Both the position numbers and the translations under genes were made by a program. The notes under the pieces were generated by a model. The model did not search any database, was not told the origin of the DNA, and saw only the letters and a list, made by a program, of their open reading frames with translations. 64,000 nt of DNA, from IMG/VR virus record IMGVR_UViG_3300024259_002152, positions 286,867-350,866 of that record, one strand, 5' to 3'. This document shows, piece after piece, positions 1 through 10,136 of this stretch (its first letter is position 1; every line of letters starts with the position of its first letter).

Positions 1-2
1 AG

Positions 3-626
3 TGTAATTATGAGCAAATTAAGTGGGAAGCGTCATATATGGGAACTCGGTATGTGAAGCAATATAACTTTGAAGATATGGAAACCATAGTCAATACTGC
101 TAAAACTTTAGATAGCAATAATGAGGGTTATGTCATACGCTTCAAAAGCGGAATACGTTTAAAAATTAAAGGCGATGAGTATGTCCGCGTGCATAGACTA
201 ATTTCTCAAGTCACACCTCTTGCTATATGGGAATCTATGGTTAATGGTGACGACTTAGAAGGGATAAAAAAAGATTTGCCAGAAGAGATGGAAAAAGACT
301 TTGATACTATAAGAGCAATTTTTAATGCAAAATTAGAAGCTTTTATAAAAGAGGTAGAAAGTCTTTGTGAGCGAACTAAATCTATGTCAGATAAGGAATT
401 AGGCATATATATGCAACAGGGTCTTGTGGCATTCGGAAACACAGTTTTTAAAGATTCTTTTAAATTTATTTTCCATATGAGAAAGAATAAATTCTATGAA
501 TCTCTTAACGATGTGCCATCGTATGGTCGTAGAAGAATTTTTGCTGCATTTAGACCAAAAGCTAATATATTGGAAGGATATAAGCCTTCGTCAGTAGTTA
601 ATAGATTCGCCAATATGGACAACTAA
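3..626 (+). CDS. RNA ligase, T4 Rnl1-like (5' truncated by window edge)
   Basis: Frame open from base 3; ligase motifs EGYVIRF and RLKIKGDEYVRVHR. Confidence 0.8.
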   Translation, partial: CNYEQIKWEASYMGTRYVKQYNFEDMETIVNTAKTLDSNNEGYVIRFKSGIRLKIKGDEYVRVHRLISQVTPLAIWESMVNGDDLEGIKKDLPEEMEKDFDTIRAIFNAKLEAFIKEVESLCERTKSMSDKELGIYMQQGLVAFGNTVFKDSFKFIFHMRKNKFYESLNDVPSYGRRRIFAAFRPKANILEGYKPSSVVNRFANMDN

Positions 627-716
627 CTAAATCACTTTCCAAAAAACTGATTTGTAAGTGAAAGTGATTTAGTTATAATTCACCTAGTAATATTAGTTGT
701 TTATTTAGGTGTATTT

Positions 717-1151
717 ATGAAAAGTGAATATGGGTGCTATGTTTTAATGTTGTCGTATATTGATGAAAATTGGATGGATATAGGAGGTAATATTTATCCA
801 ACAGAAGGTTTTATAGTAGCTAAAAATTTTACGAGAGATATTGATGTCAGATTTGGATTGAATGGAATTCTATGGGGTAAAACTTGCTATTTTCCATATG
901 AAAAAATAGATAAGGGACACTGGGCAGTAGTAAAAATAGAATTAACTGAAGATTTAATACAAACTGATTATCGTTATAATCGTTATAAATTTTCTAATGG
1001 ATTTGTAGTTTATACTGGTAGTCTGAGGTTTGCTGCTGATTACATCCTTGAACATAAAAATGATTCTGATTTTGGAGAAGAAGGAGGATGGTTGCAGCCA
1101 GAAGAGATAGCAGGATCTCAACAATGGATGCAAGACCATGCTCTTGTATAA
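717..1151 (+). CDS. hypothetical protein
   Basis: 144 aa ORF after a sigma70-like promoter. Confidence 0.7.
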   Translation: MKSEYGCYVLMLSYIDENWMDIGGNIYPTEGFIVAKNFTRDIDVRFGLNGILWGKTCYFPYEKIDKGHWAVVKIELTEDLIQTDYRYNRYKFSNGFVVYTGSLRFAADYILEHKNDSDFGEEGGWLQPEEIAGSQQWMQDHALV

Positions 1152-1192
1152 GAATAAGTTTAATATTTAATTAAGAAAAATAGGGAAGCATT

Positions 1193-1981
1193 ATGATAGG
1201 TTCCATAATAGGCGATGTAATTGGTTCTCCTTATGAGGGGAGAAGGATGAATTTCTTTGATTATGATTTCCCTCTCTTTAATGAAAGATCTACATTTACA
1301 GATGATACTATACTAACTGTTGCTACAGCTAAAGCTATACTTGAAGATATTCCTTACAAAGATGTTTATCTTGAGTTTGGTAGAAAGTATAAACGTAAGG
1401 GTTATGGTGGAGCTTTTGAAGCATGGTTATGTTCTGATGATCCTCAACCTTATGATAGTTGGGGAAATGGTTCTGCTATGAGGGTGGGCCCTATAGGTTT
1501 TTATTTTGACGAAGATGATGAAATCTTAAAAGAAGCAAAAGCAAGTTCAGAAGTAACTCATAATCATCCACATGGAATAGACGGTGCTCAAGCAATAGCT
1601 TTAGCTATTCATCATGCTAAAATAGGAGACAGCAAAGAACAGATAAAAAAAATTGTTTTTGCTGTGACTGGTTATTATGATTTGAATAAAACTGTAGATG
1701 ATTATAGAAAGAATTATAAGTTTGATACTAGTTGTAAAGTAACTGTTCCCCAAGCATTAACTGCCTTCTTTGAATCTGATAGTTTTGAAGATTGTATTAG
1801 AAAGGCAGTTTTAATGGGGGGAGATACAGATACGCTGGCGTGTATAGCAGGGTCAGTAGCAGAAGCATATTATAAGATTATTCCTAATAATATTAGCATG
1901 AAAGCTTTAGAAAAACTACCTGTAGAATTTTCAATTATAATAAATCGTTTTTATAGGGAAGTTTTAGAAGGAAATATATGA
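1193..1981 (+). CDS. ADP-ribosylglycohydrolase (DraG/ARH family)
   Basis: GDVIGSPYE, FTDDT, SWGNGSAMR, THNH, GGDTDT motifs. Confidence 0.93.
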   Translation: MIGSIIGDVIGSPYEGRRMNFFDYDFPLFNERSTFTDDTILTVATAKAILEDIPYKDVYLEFGRKYKRKGYGGAFEAWLCSDDPQPYDSWGNGSAMRVGPIGFYFDEDDEILKEAKASSEVTHNHPHGIDGAQAIALAIHHAKIGDSKEQIKKIVFAVTGYYDLNKTVDDYRKNYKFDTSCKVTVPQALTAFFESDSFEDCIRKAVLMGGDTDTLACIAGSVAEAYYKIIPNNISMKALEKLPVEFSIIINRFYREVLEGNI

Positions 1982-2673
1982 TGCTGATTACTGTCATTGC
2001 AGATATGCATGGAAATTTGAAGTTTAAAGTTCCAGAAACGGATTTGCTTTTGATAGCGGGAGATATATGTCCAGCTTCTCATGATCGTTATATATCTATT
2101 GGTATGCAAAGAACATGGTTGGAAAACAAATTTAAAAAATGGATTTATGAACAACCTGTTGATCATGCTATTGCTATAGCTGGAAACCATTGTTGGATAT
2201 GGGAATGTGCTGAAAGTGAAGTTCCTATATGGTTTCCTAAAAATTGTGTCGATAAAGAAATGGTGGAGGATAATAAGATTGAATATATAGAGGACTTTTT
2301 AGTTTTCTATAAGGATTTAAAAATATATGGGACTCCTGTTCAGCTTTCTTTTAATAATTGGGCTTTTAATCGGGAAGAAGAATCACTACAAAAGTATTGG
2401 GATAATATCCCTGAAGGACTAGATATACTTCTTCTACATAGTCCTCCATATGGAATATTAGACCAAACTCATCATCCTAAATATCCTTCTAAGCGTATAG
2501 GTAGTAAAAGTTTGTTAAAAAGAATAAAACAGGTTAAACCTAAACTGGTAGTTTTTGGTCATAATCATGGAGACCATGGGGTGGTTGAAGAAGATGGTAT
2601 TAAGTATATTAATGCTTCTTTAATTGACGAGCATTATAAAATGGTAAGAAAACCGATTGTTATAGAAATATAA
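1978..2673 (+). CDS. calcineurin-like metallophosphoesterase
   Basis: DMHG, AGD, GNH, HSPP, GHNH motifs. Confidence 0.9.
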   Translation: MMLITVIADMHGNLKFKVPETDLLLIAGDICPASHDRYISIGMQRTWLENKFKKWIYEQPVDHAIAIAGNHCWIWECAESEVPIWFPKNCVDKEMVEDNKIEYIEDFLVFYKDLKIYGTPVQLSFNNWAFNREEESLQKYWDNIPEGLDILLLHSPPYGILDQTHHPKYPSKRIGSKSLLKRIKQVKPKLVVFGHNHGDHGVVEEDGIKYINASLIDEHYKMVRKPIVIEI

Positions 2674-2754
2674 CACTTAAAGGATATTTATAGGTATTTT
2701 AAGAATTATAATAATTATAGATATTTGATTTTACTAGGATTATAAAAAAGACAA

Positions 2755-5535
2755 ATGAGAATAGCTGATATATACCAGACTGTAGCTGATAATATAAATA
2801 GCGCTCAGGATAGAGGTGGGGATATAGTGTCTTATGTTGATCAGATGATGACAGACATTAATGATTCTGAGATACCTACTAATGACACAAACAAGAAAAC
2901 ACTAGAAAGTCAAATTAATGCGACTTCCCACCTTCTCATTTTAAAGAATAATACCTATACTGTTGAAGTGCTAAATTTTGTCCGAGAGTTACAAAAATAT
3001 GTAACGGAAGAGTATGGTTCAATAAATACTTTTTTAAGAGATCATGGCATACTAGTGGGAGTTACTTTTGCTGATATATCTAAAACTGTAGGATATCCAA
3101 TCGATGCAGATAATATCGTTGTAGATTATGGGTGCGATTTTTATGTGTCTAATAGTGGTAATGATTCAAATGATGGACGCACTGCGGCAACCGCATGGGC
3201 TACTCTTGATAAAGTTAGTAGCGTTCTTACTGATGCTACATTGAGTGTGGATAATGCAATTAGTGCTGGTGATATTGTTGGTTTTCGTACAGATGATATT
3301 TTTGTTGGAACATTAGATACTTCTGAAGTTGACGGTAGTTCTGGAAATCCTATTACTTTTACTTCATATGGGACGGGAAATAAACCAGTAATTACTGGTA
3401 AGATTACTTTAGGAGATAATTGGGTTCATCATTCTGGTAATATTTGGAGATATGATGTTTCATCTTTGTCTGCCACTCATGTTAGATATTTATTGTTGGA
3501 TGGTGTCGATCAAACAATGTCTCAATCAGAAGTGGGATATGCAGACAATGCGACATATAGTTCTTTCCAAGACTATAATTTAAGCTTTAATCCAAGCTTT
3601 AATCCTAGTGTAGATCCCGATTATAATCCTAGCGATTATGACAGTATTTATGTGGGTGCTGAAGTATTGATGAGAACAACAATTTTTACATGGGATATAC
3701 GAACTGTTACAGATTATGATCCTTATTCGGGGACAATATGTTTTGCACCAACTGTAAGTTATATTCTGGGAACAACAGGATCTTCTAAGGGGGGTTATTT
3801 CTTTCAGAATTCTTTATATATTTTGGAACAAAATGAGATTCAGGGGGAATGGGTAAATGAAGGTGATTATATTTATTATTATTCAATAACTGATCCTTAT
3901 GATTTAGGAACCATTGAAGTAAGTTCAGTAGATACTTTAATGGAAATTGAAAATTCAGAATATATAACTGTTAATAATCTAAAGTTTATGTATGCTAATG
4001 ATTATGCCATATTAGGGGATGGAGCCAATTATAAAAATATAAATAATTGTCATTTTGAGCAATGTAACACTGGTATTTTTGAGGCAATCACAGGTTCATC
4101 AAATTCAATAATAGATAATAATATTTTTACAGATATGGGTAGCATTGCTATTCATCAACGTGATTCAGTTGATGTGACAATTACAAATAATACTATTACT
4201 AATATCGGTTTGACAATTGGCAGGATGGCTTATGTAGAAGATTCTAATACTTGGAATCCTAATATGTGGTATTCGGGTATACATTGTATAGATGCGTCAG
4301 GAGGATTGATTAAATATAATAATATTACAAATGTTGGTTATATAGGATTTAATTTCACCAGACCTACCGATCAAGTGCTTATACAATATAACTATATGAA
4401 AAATCCTTGTTTTTTACTCGTCGATGGTGGATCATTTTATTCTTATAGTAATGCTCAACCTACTGTAACTTCAAATATTAATCAAATAACCTATAGAAAT
4501 AATATTGCCGAGTATGATGATTATGATAATGTAGATCGTTTGATTGGACTTGAAGGTTCTACTTATGAGGAAAGTTCTGCCGGAGTTGTTGGTCTATTTA
4601 AAGATGGATATCTAAGAGCTGCTAATTATTATGATAATTTTGCATTTGGTTTTTTCTTTGCTATTAGAAGCAATGCTTCGATGTATTCTGTGTGGTCAGG
4701 AAATATTGGAGTAGATAAATATTACATTTCTGGAACTGCTAGATCTTTTTATATGGCTGATGCGGCTTCAGTATTTTGGGTTAATAATATTTGTGAAAAT
4801 AATGTTTTTGTTTCTAATTATGTAGGTAGTTCTAGAGTGGGTTTGGTATATGATGATCAATTAATTGCTGCTAGTGGCAATTCATTTGATTATAATAAGA
4901 TGTTAAATCCATTTACTATACTTCCAGAACGTATTTCTACTTTGCCAAGCTTCAACTATTTAACAATAGAAGAATGGAAAGCATATGATGCAGTAGGACC
5001 TCATGAAACTTCTAATGTATTTTTGTATTCTATATCTGGACTATCTTCTGAGTCCGAATTTATCTGGTATGCTACTAATCCTACAAAATCAACAGTTAGT
5101 GTCAGTTTCCCTGCTGGCTATCGTTACTATACTGTTGATGGAGACGCAGTTACAAGTGATACCCTATCTTTATATGAAGGTAAGGTTTATTACAGGACTA
5201 TAGATGAAGGAATGCCTCAGGCTAGTAGTGTTACTATAAGTGAAAATATAAGCGCTAATCCTTCTAGCGGTGGAGTTTATGATGCTTCTTATGATTATAA
5301 CCATGCCGAAGGGAATACTGAATCAGGTTCTACTTATCAGTGGTATCGTTCAATAGATGGGACTGTTGAAGCGAGAGTAACAATTTCAGGTGCGAATAGC
5401 TTATCATATGACACAACTAGTATGGATATCGATCAATATGTCTTATTTGGTGTGACACCAAAATCTGCTGCTGGAGCGGGAAGTTTAGTTACCGGAGTGG
5501 AAAGATTTAGCAATACCATGTCTGTAGTTTGGTAA
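2755..5535 (+). CDS. parallel beta-helix (pectin lyase-like) protein with C-terminal Ig-like domain; possible virion appendage
   Basis: YVSNSGNDSNDGRT-AWATL start, Asn/Ile beta-helix repeats, YQWYR Ig-like end. Confidence 0.75.
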   Translation: MRIADIYQTVADNINSAQDRGGDIVSYVDQMMTDINDSEIPTNDTNKKTLESQINATSHLLILKNNTYTVEVLNFVRELQKYVTEEYGSINTFLRDHGILVGVTFADISKTVGYPIDADNIVVDYGCDFYVSNSGNDSNDGRTAATAWATLDKVSSVLTDATLSVDNAISAGDIVGFRTDDIFVGTLDTSEVDGSSGNPITFTSYGTGNKPVITGKITLGDNWVHHSGNIWRYDVSSLSATHVRYLLLDGVDQTMSQSEVGYADNATYSSFQDYNLSFNPSFNPSVDPDYNPSDYDSIYVGAEVLMRTTIFTWDIRTVTDYDPYSGTICFAPTVSYILGTTGSSKGGYFFQNSLYILEQNEIQGEWVNEGDYIYYYSITDPYDLGTIEVSSVDTLMEIENSEYITVNNLKFMYANDYAILGDGANYKNINNCHFEQCNTGIFEAITGSSNSIIDNNIFTDMGSIAIHQRDSVDVTITNNTITNIGLTIGRMAYVEDSNTWNPNMWYSGIHCIDASGGLIKYNNITNVGYIGFNFTRPTDQVLIQYNYMKNPCFLLVDGGSFYSYSNAQPTVTSNINQITYRNNIAEYDDYDNVDRLIGLEGSTYEESSAGVVGLFKDGYLRAANYYDNFAFGFFFAIRSNASMYSVWSGNIGVDKYYISGTARSFYMADAASVFWVNNICENNVFVSNYVGSSRVGLVYDDQLIAASGNSFDYNKMLNPFTILPERISTLPSFNYLTIEEWKAYDAVGPHETSNVFLYSISGLSSESEFIWYATNPTKSTVSVSFPAGYRYYTVDGDAVTSDTLSLYEGKVYYRTIDEGMPQASSVTISENISANPSSGGVYDASYDYNHAEGNTESGSTYQWYRSIDGTVEARVTISGANSLSYDTTSMDIDQYVLFGVTPKSAAGAGSLVTGVERFSNTMSVVW

Positions 5536-5572
5536 TTTGTATTTAAGAAAGCGTAAACTATCTATTAATATT

Positions 5573-6133
5573 ATGGAATACAGAGAAAAAATAAAAAGAG
5601 AAAAACAAATGATAGATAGTTGGGAAGAGATGGAAACCAGCAAACAACAACTGTCCCAACTTTTACTCAATCAAAGACAATTAGGTCCACAAGATTTTAT
5701 TCTTTTTTTTCAGTGTATGATCTTGGTTGTAGAAAATGTGGAAATACATAAAGAAGAGATAGAAGATTCTCCAGATAGATTAGAAGTAGAGAATACAGAT
5801 GAAAAATTTTATAATATTTTTGGTCCTTTATCAGAGAATGTGGAGAAACTTTGCGGTAAAGAAATAATTGGAGAGATAGAATATTTTCTTATGTCAATGG
5901 ACGATTCTAAGACTATAAACGAAAGATTCGATGCTATTGAGAAAATAAGGATGTCGGCATGGAAGAATATGTCTAATAAAAAAGATGAGATTGTAGAGTT
6001 GTTAGAAAGATATCCCAAGGATATATGTGCTGATGATTTTATGCTTATTTTTAAATGTATCTCTATGATATTACTAGAGTTAGATATGAAAAACCAAGAG
6101 AGGCAAATGCTGAAAAAGCTCAAATTTGAGTAA
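5573..6133 (+). CDS. hypothetical protein, internally duplicated helical module
   Basis: Two similar segments (DFILFFQCM / DFMLIFKCI). Confidence 0.7.
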   Translation: MEYREKIKREKQMIDSWEEMETSKQQLSQLLLNQRQLGPQDFILFFQCMILVVENVEIHKEEIEDSPDRLEVENTDEKFYNIFGPLSENVEKLCGKEIIGEIEYFLMSMDDSKTINERFDAIEKIRMSAWKNMSNKKDEIVELLERYPKDICADDFMLIFKCISMILLELDMKNQERQMLKKLKFE

Positions 6134-6203
6134 AATTCCAGACAATGAATTTTTCAAACATATAGGTAGAAATGTGTCGTTATAACAATTATAGGAGTAT
6201 AAG

Positions 6204-6614
6204 ATGTATAGAAAGATGTCTCGACGAGGGGAAATTGATGGATTCTGGCTATTCATGATCTTGATTTTTGCCATAATTCCAGCTATAAAATATTTTGCAG
6301 GAGATGACAAAGTAGAAGAACCAGAAGGTGCAGCCCCTACGGTTAAAATAATTGACAATAAGGGCGTTATTCTATCTGTCAGAGATAATAGGACAACTGC
6401 TCCTATTAATAGTCAAGTTAAAATACCTCTCCCAAAAGATGCGGTATATACTATTAATAGAATTTCCCCAGATGATAAAGATCCAGAGATTTTGCCTGTT
6501 GTTTTTTCGACTGGATATCTTATAACTTCTTTCGATAAGAGGGGAACATGGGAAATAAATATGTATGATGAGAATGATTTGTTAGTTGAGTGGATTAGAG
6601 TAACTGTTTATTAG
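6204..6614 (+). CDS. membrane-anchored hypothetical protein
   Basis: GGAG RBS, N-terminal hydrophobic helix. Confidence 0.7.
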   Translation: MYRKMSRRGEIDGFWLFMILIFAIIPAIKYFAGDDKVEEPEGAAPTVKIIDNKGVILSVRDNRTTAPINSQVKIPLPKDAVYTINRISPDDKDPEILPVVFSTGYLITSFDKRGTWEINMYDENDLLVEWIRVTVY

Positions 6615-6622
6615 AAAGCAAA

Positions 6623-7120
6623 ATGATGTTAAAAAATAAAGCTGAAAAAGATATTAAAAAAATGTGGGCTTTAATCCAAAAGGATTCAGAAGCCTTAGGC
6701 TATTATTTATCAACAGGGAAGTTTATGGACGGAGTAAATGAACAAGATATTTTTATGATGATGGTGGTTTGTCTAAAAATTGTAGTGGGTGAGTTGTATG
6801 TCAATACCGAAAAATATGAGAAATATCCAGCAAAGCATTATACAGAAGATGAGTTTGTGAATATGGTGATCGATTCTATCGGAAAAAAATTGCCCGACAA
6901 AAATGATTTTGATGGGACTATCGCACATATAAAGAGTATAAAATCTCTTATGTGGGGTTACGCAAAATATAACTGTGAGAATTATCTTAAATTATATATG
7001 GCATTTAATCAGCATGATACAGGAAATTGTACTTTTGGTCATCTTAAGTCATGTGCTGCCATAGTCCTTGTGGAATGTATTTTAAGAAGAACTCAAAAAA
7101 ATAGGAATATCTGTTTGTAG
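6623..7120 (+). CDS. hypothetical protein, resembles 5573..6133
   Basis: Similar W...DIFMMMVVC module. Confidence 0.7.
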   Translation: MMLKNKAEKDIKKMWALIQKDSEALGYYLSTGKFMDGVNEQDIFMMMVVCLKIVVGELYVNTEKYEKYPAKHYTEDEFVNMVIDSIGKKLPDKNDFDGTIAHIKSIKSLMWGYAKYNCENYLKLYMAFNQHDTGNCTFGHLKSCAAIVLVECILRRTQKNRNICL

Positions 7121-7171
7121 AAGAGTACTGGTAAAAGTTATCAAAAACATAAAAAATCTTTGGAAAAACAC

Positions 7172-7567
7172 ATGAGTAAATTAAAAATTGGAATAGATAT
7201 AGATAATACCATTGACGCGTCTAAAACAAGTGTTAATTTTTTCTCTTTGTTTACTAATGCTATAAGGCATGTTGCCCAAATTTATATTATCACCAACAGA
7301 GATCCTGGAGAAGATAGTAGGGCAGACACTATGTCGGAGCTAGATATGTTTGGTATTTATTATGATGAGTTGATTATAACTGCTGAAAAATCTCAACACA
7401 TTCTGCAATTAGGTGTTGATGTTTATTTTGATGATACGGATGAATATTTTCTAGATCTTCCTGAGTCCGTTGCTGTATTTAAAATCAGAGAGTTTGGTAA
7501 TTTTGATTTTAAAGAACATAAATGGCTGTATGGAGATAAGACGGGTATCAATATTGACAAGAAATAA
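7172..7567 (+). CDS. HAD-superfamily phosphatase
   Basis: IGIDIDNT, ITNR, K, YFDD motifs. Confidence 0.8.
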   Translation: MSKLKIGIDIDNTIDASKTSVNFFSLFTNAIRHVAQIYIITNRDPGEDSRADTMSELDMFGIYYDELIITAEKSQHILQLGVDVYFDDTDEYFLDLPESVAVFKIREFGNFDFKEHKWLYGDKTGINIDKK

Positions 7568-7605
7568 ACAGAAGGAAAGTGGAGCGTTTTTCAGAATATA
7601 ACTTT

Positions 7606-8184
7606 ATGAACTGGTATAAACGAGCAAATTTACAAACTACTCTTCCATATTTCCAAGAATTTGAAGATATGGGGGAGTATACTCCAAATGAAGAAAGTAT
7701 CAATAAAGTTCTGGAGAACCAGTTTGGAGCCACCATTGTCTCAGATATTGGGCAAGGAGATTCGGGAGTGGCTTATCTTCTATCTAATGGAGATATTTTA
7801 AAAATCACCACTAATACTCAAGAGGGTCAAGTAGCAGATTATCTATGGGAGCATCCTAATCCCAATGTGGTGGAGTATAAATTAGTTTGGAAAGAAGGGG
7901 ACCTTTATTATATTGTGATGGATAATATCCAGACTATGGCGAGTGATTATATTTCAGATGATTTTAATCATATTGCCGAAATTTTAGAGACAAATCAGTG
8001 CTATAAGCCCCAGTGTGCTTATTCCATCGTCCAAAATGATAATACTCTTGATGCTTCGATCAAGTATCAAATTTTATCATATTTATCCTCTTTGATGGAA
8101 ATCCCAATTCCAATATTTGATTTTTTAAACGAAAATAATGTTGGTATAAAAGATGGAAAACTCATATTCTTTGATATAACATAA
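7606..8184 (+). CDS. protein kinase-like fold protein
   Basis: IGQGDSGVAY, ILKIT, YIVMD, DFLNENNVG, FFD; starts MNWYKRA. Confidence 0.7.
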   Translation: MNWYKRANLQTTLPYFQEFEDMGEYTPNEESINKVLENQFGATIVSDIGQGDSGVAYLLSNGDILKITTNTQEGQVADYLWEHPNPNVVEYKLVWKEGDLYYIVMDNIQTMASDYISDDFNHIAEILETNQCYKPQCAYSIVQNDNTLDASIKYQILSYLSSLMEIPIPIFDFLNENNVGIKDGKLIFFDIT

Positions 8185-8259
8185 TTGAAAAGTGATTATA
8201 TTTCCTTTATTCTAATACTATCTGTATGAATGGACGATATATTAGAAAAAGGATAATAT

Positions 8260-9327
8260 ATGAAAATAGAAGATGTTGGTAATAGCTCTTTTAAATGTAA
8301 ATTATTGTTAGGGAATGCTAAAAATGTTTTGCAAGATATCCCTGAAAATACTTTTCATATGGCAGTGACAAGTCCTCCTTATTGGGACCAAAGAGACTAT
8401 AACGTAGATGGTCAATTAGGTCAAGAAAATAGCCCTGAAGAGTATGTAGAGAATTTAGTCGCTATCTGTAGAGAAGTAAGAAGAGTTATTAGGGAAGATG
8501 GCACTTTTTGGCTTAATATCGGAGACGGTTATTGTAAGAAAACTATTAAATCTTCAAATCTTAAACAAAAAGATTTAGTAGGTATACCGTGGATGGTTGC
8601 GTTTGCTCTTAGGCAAGATGGGTGGTATTTACGAAGTGATATTATTTGGAAAAAAACAAATCCTATGCCCGAGAGTGTAAGAACAAGACCTTCTAAATCT
8701 TATGAACATTTATTTCTTTTCTCCAAATCGGAAAATTATTTCTATGATGCAGAAGCTATAGCAGAGCCACAGAAAGAGATTTCTGTTAAAAGAGCTTATT
8801 CTAAAAATAGAGTAGAAAAGAGAAAAGATTATCAAAATGATAATTATGCTATTAGTGGTAAGTCCCAAGATAAAACATATAGAAAGATGAGAAAAATATT
8901 AGACGAGATGGGAGAAGATGAGGTCATCACGTGTAATAAAAAAGATGTTTGGGAAATAGCTACTGCCGACAATAAGGTTAAACATTTTGCCATCTATCCA
9001 AGAGAATTAGTTAAGCCTTGCATTTTGGCAGGTAGTTCTTCGAAAGGTTGTTGTCCAAAATGCCAATCTCCATGGATTATGGAAAAGGGAAAAAATTGGG
9101 AACCAAGTTGTAATTGTGGAGAAACAGAAGTAAAAGAATGTATTGTTCTAGATCCTTTCAATGGGTCAGGAACTACAGGAATGATATGTAGAGAATATGG
9201 TAGAAAGTATGTAGGAATAGATATTAGTGAGGAATATTTATCTTATGCAAGAGATGCTTTGATAGGAGAGAGGAGAGCAGAAATGGCAGAAGAAGTAGAT
9301 TCTATTCAACAACTTAAAGTTTTGTAA
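8260..9327 (+). CDS. DNA methyltransferase (N4-C/N6-A, beta class)
   Basis: TSPPY then DPFNGSGTT. Confidence 0.92.
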   Translation: MKIEDVGNSSFKCKLLLGNAKNVLQDIPENTFHMAVTSPPYWDQRDYNVDGQLGQENSPEEYVENLVAICREVRRVIREDGTFWLNIGDGYCKKTIKSSNLKQKDLVGIPWMVAFALRQDGWYLRSDIIWKKTNPMPESVRTRPSKSYEHLFLFSKSENYFYDAEAIAEPQKEISVKRAYSKNRVEKRKDYQNDNYAISGKSQDKTYRKMRKILDEMGEDEVITCNKKDVWEIATADNKVKHFAIYPRELVKPCILAGSSSKGCCPKCQSPWIMEKGKNWEPSCNCGETEVKECIVLDPFNGSGTTGMICREYGRKYVGIDISEEYLSYARDALIGERRAEMAEEVDSIQQLKVL

Positions 9328-9446
9328 AATAAGAACTTACAGAAATCTTACAATTTAGGAGTGAAAAATTCCAGACAACGCTTTTCTTAAAATTATAGCA
9401 TAGAAAGTGTGTTTTTGAAGAAAGTATAGATATAGAAAGGGCTGTT

Positions 9447-10136
9447 ATGGTAGTTAAATTGACTCATCCATTTTTGATGGAATGTATTGATCCTAAGGGT
9501 CTTTTAAGGAATAACCTTAAAAGCAAATCTATGACATTCTCCATGTTTTCTGGCCGACTTAGAAAGCAAGCTACAAAGTATGCGACAGGTGGGGATGGTA
9601 AAGTAAACGAAGATAAAGAAAATAAATACAAAGGTAATGGGTTTGAGTTATTCTGTGAGATATTTGTAAGAATATTTGGTTTTGATATGCTGGTTTCAAT
9701 AAATCCCGATTCTTATGAAATAGTTGCTGATGGTGATGATACAGGAGTTGATGGAATAGGAATAGGTAACAATGGAAAAATTCATACCTTACAAGCCAAG
9801 TTTTGTATCGGCACAGAAGAATTAACAGCTAATAGGCAACATCTTACAAATTTCACTTCTGCATCTATGCTTAGGTATAATGTTAATAAAGATGAAGTAT
9901 GCAATCTTAATAGGCCTGGGATAAAAAGTAAAATTAATATGACGATCATGCATACTGGTAAGGGTATTAATCATTATACTGAGAATGATATGCTTTGTGG
10001 GCTTATCAGAGAGATAGGTTTAAAGGATATCAAAAATAAAGTAGATGGTAATAATATTTTTTGGGAATGTTTTAGGAAATCATGGGACAAACATCTTACA
10101 GAACTTATGAAGAAAAAGAGAAATGATGAAAAATAG
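9447..10136 (+). CDS. PD-(D/E)XK restriction endonuclease-like protein
   Basis: GNGFE...DTGVDGIG...LQAKF (Mrr-like D-QxK). Confidence 0.65.
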   Translation: MVVKLTHPFLMECIDPKGLLRNNLKSKSMTFSMFSGRLRKQATKYATGGDGKVNEDKENKYKGNGFELFCEIFVRIFGFDMLVSINPDSYEIVADGDDTGVDGIGIGNNGKIHTLQAKFCIGTEELTANRQHLTNFTSASMLRYNVNKDEVCNLNRPGIKSKINMTIMHTGKGINHYTENDMLCGLIREIGLKDIKNKVDGNNIFWECFRKSWDKHLTELMKKKRNDEK

